From the human T2T-CHM13v2.0 reference genome, Homo sapiens, in NCBI RefSeq assembly GCF_009914755.1, contig NC_060925.1: 64,000 nucleotides of DNA. One strand, given 5' to 3'. Position numbers and translations under genes: made by a program. This document shows, piece by piece, positions 45,095 through 64,000 of the stretch. Each line of letters opens with the position of its first letter. Within the stretch, counting starts at the first letter, position 1. The notes under the pieces are model-generated. The model made no database searches. It saw only the letters and a program-made list of their open reading frames with translations, and was not told where the DNA came from.

Positions 45095-48000
45095 CTGATA
45101 TTTCATGTACTTTAAGGGCCCGGTTAAGCGGAAGCAGAACTGGGGAGGCATGTATGTGTGGAAACCTGGCTTAGCTGGCGCCATACTTCTGATTCCAATT
45201 ATGTTTTAGGTGCCCTCAGAGATGAGCACTCCAAGATGGGGCTCAACTGCCTGTTACCCTAATTAGCTCTGGATGACAATACAGATGGATGAGCCCCTTC
45301 TGTTCACTCCCAGGATCAGCAGTGGCCTCATACTCATGTGAGCACAGTGCTGCTGAGGGACACAGCCTGTCCCTATCTTGGGACACAGGCCCACCCCGGA
45401 TGAGAATTGACTGCTGGTTTCCCCGAAATCCTGTGCCTACTGGTGGGCCACCTGCTGAGAAGGGAAGGGAGACCCATGTTCCCCTCCCCGGGGGGGAGAC
45501 GGTGGCAAATCCTGTGGAGAAAGACATCTACTGACTGAACGGCCCGTTCCCCAGGGGATCCTGGCCCAGGATCAGCTGTTTGATGACCGTTTGCCTAAAA
45601 TATGCCCACTACTAAATATAGGTCAGAATTTCAGAGTCAAAAGAGACCTGGGAGGTTCTGTCTAGACCCTTCATTTTGCAAATGAGCAAACTATGGCAGT
45701 GAGGACTTGCTTCATTCAACTTGGATGGATCAGACGTCTATGACTTGGGCCTATGGAAGTGCACCACCCCTGCTACCCCAGCTACTACAAGAGGCTCACC
45801 TAGAGGGAGACAGCCAGGCACTCAGATGCTGTCTAGACCCTTGACAGCTCGAGTGGAAGGATGGAGCCGGCGAGAATAGCAATAGGAATTTATTACCTGA
45901 GGCATGTGGACCATGGTTTTCCCAGCAGAGGGGCCACCATGAGAGGGGTGTGGAAAGAGGACATGGGATGGGGGTGGCTGGTGAGTGGGAGCGGGGAGGA
46001 GAGCCTACCCTATAAGCTTTGCTAGGGAATTACCAGGAAGGCACTGAAGGATATTTTTCTTAAAAAAAAAAAAAAAAAAAAAAAAAGACATGCTCAGGTA
46101 GATGTTTTGGAAAATGCAGAGAAACTGACATCACACACACCCTCACCTAGAGCAGGGGAGGCTTCCTTGGGAAGGTCTCAGCACGGGCAGTGAATGGTCA
46201 GGTTCAGATGATAGAAAATCCATGGGGTAGCAGGTGAATAAGGGGTCCCTGGCCTCTCATGAATCTCTCCACGCAGGGAGACAAGCAGGTGTTCTAGTGC
46301 TCTCTTTCTCACAGCTTAGCAGATCTAGAGAAAAGTCCAGGTGTTTCAAGAAGACTGAAGACGGCTGGGCTCAGTGGCTCACACCTGTAATGCCAGCACT
46401 TTGGGAGGCCAAGGCGGGCGGATCACCTGAGGTTAGGAGTTCGAGACTAGCCTGGCCAACATGGCGAAACCCCCATCTCTACTAAAAATACAAAAATTAC
46501 CCGGGCATGGTGGCGCACACCTGTAATGCCAGCTACTCGGGAGGCAGAGGTTGCAGTGAGCAAGATCGTGCCACTGCACTCCAGCCTGGGTGACACTGCG
46601 AGACTCTATCACACACACACACAAAAAAGACTGAAGAGAGAGTTCTCCGTTAGTTCTGCCTGTGGGAGGGGAGGGGGGGCTTCAAAGAGCATGACATTGG
46701 ATGTCTCCACGTGGTGGAGGGGAGGGTGCTCCACGCAGGGGCTACTGTGGGAGCACAGATGGGGCAGAGTGGACTAAAGTCTGGCATATGCCGGGGTGGA
46801 GGGAAGGTCCTTGAATGCCTGTGGAGTTTGGATGTTCTCTGTGGAGAGGGAATAAAACCATTGCCTGTTCCCTGGAGGGAATTGGATGCTGAAGCTTCTA
46901 CCTTTAACAGGGGCATGGGTGCAGTTCCAGCCTCTGCCAGCAGGCTGGGCCCTGTGCCCACTTTTGAAAGACCTTCAGGGCTGTGGGGCATGAGATGAGA
47001 GAGGGAGGGAAGATAATCTGGCTCACTGCCGGGCACTTTATGTGACTTACCTCCTTAATTCCCCCGGGCACAGCCCTGAGAGGAGGTTGGCAGTGTCTGC
47101 ATTTTACAGATGGGGAACTTGAGGCTCAGGGTACACAGACCCAGGTCACAGCCCTGGCAAGCCATGCAGTGGGGATTCTAGCCCGGCCCTGAGGTTTTGG
47201 AGCAGGGACGGTGCAGGGGAGTCTCCAGCCCAGGCTCCTCCCCTGCTCTTTCCACATCTGTGACAGGCTCTGGATTTTGTTCCCTGAGTTTTTTTCCTTC
47301 TCGAGTTCCTGTCCCCTCTGTCTCTATCTCTGTCCCCTTTGTGGTATGTGGGGCTTCAAGTACTACTGAGTCTCCACAGCTGTGCCAGGTTGGGCCTGGG
47401 CAGCTCCCCATAGAGGCTGGCGCCCATAGCCAGGGGCAGGGTTACCAGCAGGAAGTGCACCCCTGAGCCCCTCACCGCGGCTCCCAGCCTGCCTGCCTCG
47501 GTGGCCCCCACATCCCCGCCTCCCCAATCAAGGCATCTGCTCCCACTGTGCCCCATCCTGTTGGCAGCAGTCCTCCCTCTCCTTTGGGTCACTGGCAGCA
47601 GCATCCAGACTCACCATTACTGTCCTCTCCTTCATGGAAAATTAAGCAAACCCTCTTGATTCCACTCCCCGCCAGCTGCCCCAGCCGCCCTCCCATTTCT
47701 CTGCTCCACTTTCTGTCCCTAGTTCCTCTCCTCCATTTGCTGTTGAACCTACTCCAGGCAGGCTCTTCCCCCAACACTCGCTCCCTCCACAGTTGGTCAT
47801 GTTTGCTTCTCTGCGGCCCCTCATTTCCCTCTGAGTGAGAGCCAGCCTCACCCTGCCCTGCACGCCGTCACCCTCCCGTCACCTCTCTGCTTCCCCTTGC
47901 TCGCTCCCCTATAGCCCATGGGCTTCTGGCTGCTCCTTCCACCCTCAGGGCACATGCCTGCCCTGCCCCTGTGGCTGGGCCTCTCTCCCAGGCATCAGCA

Positions 48001-48104
48001 GGGCTCCCTCGCTCCCTGTCCCTACGTTGAGAAAGAGAAAAGCAGGCCCTGACCTCCTGGAGCCCGCCTGGAGCCCAGCGGGGCTTCGGTATTCTCCAGC
48101 TGAA

Positions 48105-49619
<1,515 letters not shown>

Positions 49620-52293
49620 ACGTCTTGGCCCCAAGGCTAACATCTCAATGAGGCCAACCCTCCTCACTCCCAACCCCTTATCCCCGACCTCCCACTTGCT
49701 CCACTGTTCCCACAGCACCATCCCCTCTACCACACACCACCCTACGGTGGTATCGTTTACTTATTGACTGCATATTGTTTATGGTCTGCCTTTCCCCTCC
49801 CCTCACTTGAGTGTAAGCTCCACTAGGGGCAGGGGCTGTTGTCTGTTTTGATTCCCAGTGTATTCAAAATGGCTGGAACAGCCTAGCACATCGCTGGCAC
49901 GCCATAAAAATTTGTTGAATGAATGAATCGATGTTGGGACAGGAGCAAACCAAGGAAGCGCCTAACCAGCCTGGCCACCAGAAGGCTTCGCTGGAAAAGG
50001 GCTGTCAGGGCTGGGATCTGAGGGATAAATAAAGGTTATCCAAGCACAAGAGTTGGGAGGAGAGGCCGGGCGCAGTGGCTCACACCTGTATCCCAGCACT
50101 TTGGGAGGCCGAGGTGGGTGGATCACTTGAGGTCAGAAATTCAAGACCAGCCTGGCCAACATGGTGAAACCCCGCCTCTACTAAAAATACAAAAAATAAA
50201 TAAGAAAGAGTGGGAGGAGTATTCCAGCCATGTGCAAAAGGCTGGGGAAGCGAGGAGGTGTTTCAGGATTGAGGAAATGCAAGTGCTTTGATGTGGCCGG
50301 AGAGAATGTTCTGGAAAAGGAAGGCAAGCGATGAGGCTGGAATGTTGTCAGAGGCCAGGACACGAAAGACCACGTCATCAGGAGCTCAGACTTCACCTGA
50401 GGGCCATGGGGAGTCCTGGAAGTGTTGAAGCAGGAGGTGATATGTCAGAGCTGCATTTAGGAAGAGCAGAGGGGCCGGACATTGTGGCTCACACCTGTAT
50501 CCCAGCACTTTGGGAGGTCGAGGCAGGAGGATCGCTTGAATCCAGGAGTTCGAGACCAGCCTGGGCAACCTGGCAAAACCCATCTCTACCAAAAATACAA
50601 AAATTAACCAGTCTAATAACCCAGTCTCTAAATAAATAAATATACAAATAAATAAATATATAGGTATTTTTTGTTTTAATAATAATTGTAATTTCCAATA
50701 TGTTGTGCAAGGAGATCAGAGAGGAAAATCATATTAATTTGATATTTGTGGAAGAATTTGTGCAAATTGTATTTAGTGCCACCACAATGTGAGGATGAAA
50801 TTTTTTTTTTAAGGAAGAGCAGATGGGAGGGAGGGGACAGTCCCGGGGAGGTGAGGCTGGAGGTGGGAAGACTAGCAGTGAGATGGTCTCAGGGCAAGAC
50901 AATGTGGCCTGGACCACGCTGGAGAGTCTAGGGAGAAGGAAGAAGACCCAAGGTGCCTCTGGGGACTCTGGCTGGGCATCCAGGGTTTAGAGGTGTCATT
51001 CACTGTGGAGGGGAACACAGGAGAGGGGCAGGTTATGGGGAAGGTGCTGAGATTGAGGCCCTTTATGCCGTAGAAATCAGGGCAGATGTGTGCACACCTG
51101 GAGCTCAAGACTGGCCTGGACACAGGCTTGGAAGCGGGACAGGGTGAGGCCACATCCCCCACATCGGGGAGGATGATTCTGAGGACTTCTACTTACAAAA
51201 CTGTAAGAAGAGGGGGCTCAGGTGGCAGGGTTTCAGGGAAGGGCAGAGGGTGGCCCACTCCCCACCTCTCCTCCTCTCTCTGTCCTCTGGGCGGTCTCTA
51301 GGTCTCCACTGGCCCCTGCAGCCCCCAGTGGCTGGAATCACTCCCTTGGAGAGAGACCTCTAAACTGACTGCTCCAGGCTTCCTTAGAAAGCAGGGAGGA
51401 GGCCCCCCGCACAGATGGCTGCAGCAGTAGCCCCTCTGGAACCCAGCACCCACCTGGAGGGGATGACAGCATGGACCTGGGACTCAGGCCCTAGTTATTC
51501 TGGTAAGGCTCAGGACTGGGCCTGAGGCATGTCGCAGTTCACATGGTCCCAGCAGGGCTGCAAGCAAGTCCAGCATAGCCTGCTGGGCTCCTTTCCCCGC
51601 ACATGGCCCCTCAACAACCCCCACCTTGGACCCTGAGCAGAGCGAGAAGCACCTTGCCCAGACAGGAGAGATGAGCCCCTTCACCTAGACCCCACGGGCT
51701 TCGCCCCTCACTCCATTCTGCCTCCTACCTGCCTCTCTTCTCAGCCTTCCAGGCTGGGTTTCCATCCTCTCCTCTGAGCAACCTCACCAGCCTCCTAACT
51801 GCCCCTCCCTGCCCTGCCAAGCCATCTTCACACCTAATGCAGTTCACACCACATCACTCATTTGAATCAATCAAGAACTCTTCCCCAAAGAGCAAACTCC
51901 TTACTGAGGCCTCTGGGGTCCCGCATGCCTGGCTGCTCTCTGCCTCCTACTCGAAATCTCTTTCAGTTCCCCAGTATGCTCTCCTCTGTTCTTCCCTCTC
52001 GCTCTGTGTCCCACTCACCCTTGACTCACCCATGACTTCCTCTGGGCATGCTTCCCTAGTCCTCAAGCTGTGGAAAGAAGATCTGCTTGAGCAATCCTCA
52101 CACCCTATGTCCTGCCTGTGTGAGTGCTGGGAGGACACTCACCACTGTTTCCTGGCAACCCCACAATGTGCCCTAAACAGCAGGCCAGCAGCATGGACAG
52201 AGTTGAATTGAAATGCATTAAGAAGCTCCTTCTTCCTTTCCTCTCCAGGTCCTTGGATCCTGCCCCATTAGGTGGGCAGGTATTATTACCCTC

Positions 52294-52973
<680 letters not shown>

Positions 52974-53405
52974 CCCTCCTCTTCCTCCCAGCTAGAAGGA
53001 GCAACCAAAATCCAGAGGCTGTCCCTTCATCTGTGCTACCCACATGGCCTCAACCTTGAACCCAGTGACACAGTGGGGCCACCAAACTGAAGTCATGTTT
53101 CAACAAAATTCTCAAACCCTTAGGGCAAGTAAGAGCAGCAAGGAGATACAAGCAGGGAGTTCGTATGGGGAGGGCTCCAGAGGCCCCATGAGAAAGGGAA
53201 CTTCCCCAGGCCTTCCTCTTCTGAGGAGCACTGTGGGTGTGGGGTTCCACCCTGACTAAACCCTGGTTCAGTCTTTTCCTGGCTGGGGGACTTCGGGCAC
53301 ACAGTTTAACCTCTCTAGGTGCAGTTTTTTCCTATATATAAAATGGAAAGAACCAGATAAACCCGCATTTCAGGGTTGCTGTGAACTTAATGAGCCAGCC
53401 AGTTA

Positions 53406-53899
<494 letters not shown>

Positions 53900-53909
53900 T
53901 TAAAAAAAA

Positions 53910-55476
<1,567 letters not shown>

Positions 55477-55479
55477 TCA

Positions 55480-55701
<222 letters not shown>

Positions 55702-55837
55702 TTAAAAAAAAAAAAAAAAAAAATTAGCTGGGCATGGTGGCATGCACCAGGCTTAGGTGGGAGGATTGCTTAAGCCTGGGAGGTTGAGGCTGCAGTGAGC
55801 CGTGATTGCACTACTGCACTCCAGCCTGGGTGACAGT

Positions 55838-57043
<1,206 letters not shown>

Positions 57044-59269
57044 GATATGCTGAGCATCTTTTCCCGAAAGTGACCTATTTTACTCCTGTGAAAACCTGCA
57101 CTGGGGGGAGAACCCCTCCCCCATGATCTCCACAGTTGTCTCAGAGGGGCCATGCAGGGTCTGTTCATGTTGTTTTTGTTAATATGAAAGTAATTCAAGG
57201 GCAGAGGGGGCAAAATAGCCAGACCCTGTCTCTAAAAAACATTTAAAAATTAAAAATAAGACAAGGCTCCAGACTGGAAGAAAAAAATTTCTTTTAAGTA
57301 CTCAAACTGTGTTCTGGAAAATCCAGAAAACAGTTACAAGACAAGACATGCCCTTTTGCCACCGTCGCGCCTGGGAACTGTGAGCATTTCTGCAGGAGAC
57401 CTGTGGGCTGCTGTGGTGCCGTCTTTGTATTGTGGTCATTGCGGAAGGGCGCCATGAAGCCATTGGGCCAGCTGGTGGATCTTGCTCTCCCAGTGAGGGA
57501 GCAACTCGAGGACAACTTCGGGACCCACAGGCCAGGCGTGTATCTGCTCTGGTGGGCAGCCTGGGTGCCTGGAGTATCACTGAGTGGCAAACTGCTTGGC
57601 AGCATCACACGGTAGGGACACTGGTAACTTCCAGCCAGCATGCGGAGGGCTTCCAGCCCTTCTGCAGGCTCAGGGATGTGCTGGGCCTCCATCCCTCGCC
57701 CTCAGAGCACAGGCATTCTCCCTGTCCCTGCCACACTGCCCTTGACCCTGCTGGCTGCTGGGATGTTTCCCACCGCTTTGGGTGAGTGGGCCACGCCGGT
57801 GGGTGTTGAAGTGGATGGCAGGACACCTTAACAACCGCTGCCCAGTGCTGTGTCAGTGTTAGGCCCTTACCTTCCTCTACAGTGGGAGGAAACACGGGAG
57901 GAGAGGGAGGACCCCACATCCTGCCTGGCAAGTTGCTGAAAAACACCAAGTCACGTGACACATCATATACCGGAGTGTGTGGTGCCACACAGCAGGCACG
58001 GGTCTGACCCCATCCTGTCACCCTGCCGCTGTGGCCAGCTGCCTCCTGCACTGTCCAAAGGAGGTCCTGAGCCATCCACCTTCAGAGTCCAAAAGCTGAC
58101 AGAGATGGGTTGATGAAATGAGGAACTTCTGTTCCCGGTGGCTGGAGGCATCCTCCTCACAGCTGGTGGGGGCGGGGGGACTTCCTTTCTGCCCCTGTCC
58201 TACTGTGGGAATCTGAGCTTCTTTCTCTGCCCCATTCAGCTCTTGAGGAGCCAAGGACAGATCCCCAGGCTGGTGCTCCCAACCTGGGGAAGTGAAAAGG
58301 GCTTGGGCCGTGACCACCTGCAGGTTCGGTTCAGATTTTAGTTCCTCCATTACACGGGCAACCGCAAGGAAGTCAGGTTCCCATTGAGTGTCTTATTTCC
58401 TCAAATAGAATGCAGAGTGTTGGGAGAAATAAAGAAGATGAGAACTCTTGTCAGAGGCACAGGAGGTCTTGGGAAAGAACAATATCATGTAATGATTGTA
58501 GATATGGGGTACTGGGCATGTCCCCATGTGCCTGGGTTACACTAACATTTTTACCAACACCTGTCTCCTGCCAGCCTTGGTTGTAAAGAGGGAGAGGAGA
58601 CTGAGACTCAGAGAGGGTATGGGACTTGCCCAAGGTCACACAGCTAAGAAGTAGTGGAGCCAGGGTTTGAGCCCAGCTCTGTCTATCTCCAAAGCCCATC
58701 CTCTACTGAAATTCTAGACATAACTGGGCTGAGCAGAAATCCAGCAAACTTCCACAATCTGCTTAAGCACCTGGGAAAGAAATGAAGAACGGTCATTTTC
58801 TCTGGCCTGCAGGAGGAGCCTAGCAGAGCCGGGTTAAAATCCCAGTGTCTCCACTTGGCATAACCTTAGGCAAGACCCTTCACTTTTGTGAAGCCTGACC
58901 CAGGAGGTTGGGGGCTACAGTGAGCTGTGTGTGCAGCACTGCACTCCAGCCTGGGTGACAGAATGAGACCGCCCACCCCTCTCAAAAAAAAAAAAAAAAA
59001 AAAAAAAAACTAGAAAGAAACACAACAAAATATTAGTAGTTAGTGTAAGTATTTTGGGTGGTGGGTAAAGAATGCCTGCTTTTTATTAATCAAATGTTCT
59101 TTAGTTAGAATTTATTCATTGTATTTTAAACTTCTGTTATTATCTTTGATTAAAAGTCTTTTGTTACTTTTATAGTGACAAAAAAACTAAATATGGCATT
59201 TTGCACAATACCTATATCATCTTATTCAATCCTCACAATCTGCTGAGATATAATTCTTTCTCCTATTTT

Positions 59270-60510
<1,241 letters not shown>

Positions 60511-61029
60511 CCCTCTTCTCCCTGTTTTAGAGAGTAAGAAACTGAGGTTCACACAATCAAAGTGATTTGCCTAACGTCATACAACGAGCAAGAGGAGACC
60601 TGGGATTTGAACCTATGTTGGTCTGACTCCTGAGGGACAGGGAAATGGAAAAGGCTTATCCCGAGCCTGTGGGGTCAGGATAAGTGGTTGGTCCGGCTTC
60701 TAAGCAGATTTCTCTTTAGCCTTAGGAAGAATTTTTAACTAGAATTGGTGAGGCCCGGCGTGGTGGCTCACAGGTGGATCACACCTGTGATCCCAGCACT
60801 TTGGGAGGCCGAGGTGGGAGGATCACTTGAGTCCAGGAGTTCGAGGCCAACGTAGACAATAATTATCGAAAGAGTATGGGAGTTCTGGAGAGGTAATGAG
60901 ATCCCCTTCACCAGGAGGTTTCCGATAGAGGACCATGGAGTGTCCTGGAGGGACATTCGGGAGCCCTGACACTACATCTCCCTCCTCAAACCCAAAGGGC
61001 AGAGGCATGTCCCTCCTATGAGACGCAGA

Positions 61030-61740
<711 letters not shown>

Positions 61741-62754
61741 TGATTCTGAAGTGCAGGGTCAGTCTTCCCGTCTGTGTCCTCCCACTCCTCCCCCGGCCCT
61801 CCTCTACACTGCCTTCCTTCAGTCCCTGCGTCCACCTTGGCCTTCTGTTTGACCATGGGCAGTACTTGATTTGATCAGCTCTTCAGTTCTCAGCTTAAAT
61901 GGCGCTTCCTCCCGGAAGCCTTCCTGGCTCTCTGCTCCTTGCACGCCCCCGTACATCTGCCGTCTGCCCGCAGCGGCCTGGTTCACAGGGATGGGCACAC
62001 AGCAGGCGCACAGTCACTAGTCATTGCCTGAAGGAGCAAGCGGTGAGGGAATAACAGACAGTGGAGGGCAGGGTAAGACAGCACAGTGGATGGGTGGCCA
62101 GTGCTGCTCTGTGGGCAGGGAGGACCCGTGGGCCACCGAGTAGGGGAGATGGAGGTGGAGGAGAGAGATGCTGTGTGGGGGTGCGGGTTCCTTCCTTAGA
62201 GAGCGAACTGAGGCTTGAAGGCCCTGCCCCATCCTGTTCCCTGGCTGCAGAAAAACGCTCTGTCGCAGCAGCTTCCAGCAGAGTGTTTGAGGTCCCAAGT
62301 GGGGTCCTAGACCAAGGAGGTCCCTCATGAAGGGTCCCGCAGGGGGCCACCACCTCGCAGTGGGTCTCTCCAGGTCTGCTTGGGAATCTGGCAGATCTGG
62401 GTTCAAATTCTGACTCTACCTCCAGGGGCTTTCTGCAGGAAGGCGCCTGGGATCTGTTTGCTCTTCCCCCAGCCCAGGACCAAGCGTCTTCGTCCTCCCA
62501 GCACCCTTTGCCTGCTGGTGTTACAACACCTGTTTCCTCATCCTGCCTGACGCGGGATGGTGGAAATGGTGGAAGTCAGAGTGATGGTGACTAGAGAAGG
62601 CCCTGACAGGGTGTGGGTGTGCGGATGGGGTGAGTGCGGAGGACAGATGGCCATGCCAATAGGGGCAGGCGTCTACAGGGCACTCAGAAGGGGCTGGCTG
62701 CGTGGTTGGTTAGGAGCACTGGCTCTGGAGGCAAACACCCTGGGTTCAACCTAG

Positions 62755-64000
<1,246 letters not shown>

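Noticed and set aside
57207-57260. Apparent displaced tail of the Alu broken by the LTR at 55838
   Set aside because: Sequence matches the end of an Alu left monomer and there is no TSD linking the two sites
57294-58350. Overlapping ORFs up to 156 aa suggesting a processed pseudogene
   Set aside because: No recognisable parent, poly(A) tail or TSD; motif content fits a regulatory element better

Overview
Human (hominid) genomic DNA that I recognise as the 1p35 STX12-PPP1R8-THEMIS2 locus, with all three genes on the + strand. It holds the last four coding exons and 3' UTR of STX12 (syntaxin-12), the complete 7-exon PPP1R8/NIPP1 gene (spliced ORF of 351 codons) hosting the H/ACA scaRNA SCARNA1 in intron 2, and the CpG-island promoter and first coding exon of THEMIS2. 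The rest is very Alu-rich. It also contains two co-oriented SVA retrotransposons bracketing PPP1R8, a 5'-inverted young L1, an Alu-split U6 retrocopy, a fossil ERVL pol (RNase H) fragment, several LTRs and DNA-transposon relics. Almost all ORFs in the supplied track are Alu/SVA/L1 artefacts. I find no convincing wholly new biological system. The best leads are the SVA bracket around PPP1R8, an overlapping uORF and a recursive-splice-like motif in PPP1R8, a perfect palindrome inside SCARNA1, a PU.1/IRF/RUNX enhancer candidate upstream of THEMIS2, and several template-switch mutation footprints. Repeat subfamily names come from memory of consensus sequences, and repeat boundaries are approximate unless target-site duplications (TSDs) are cited.
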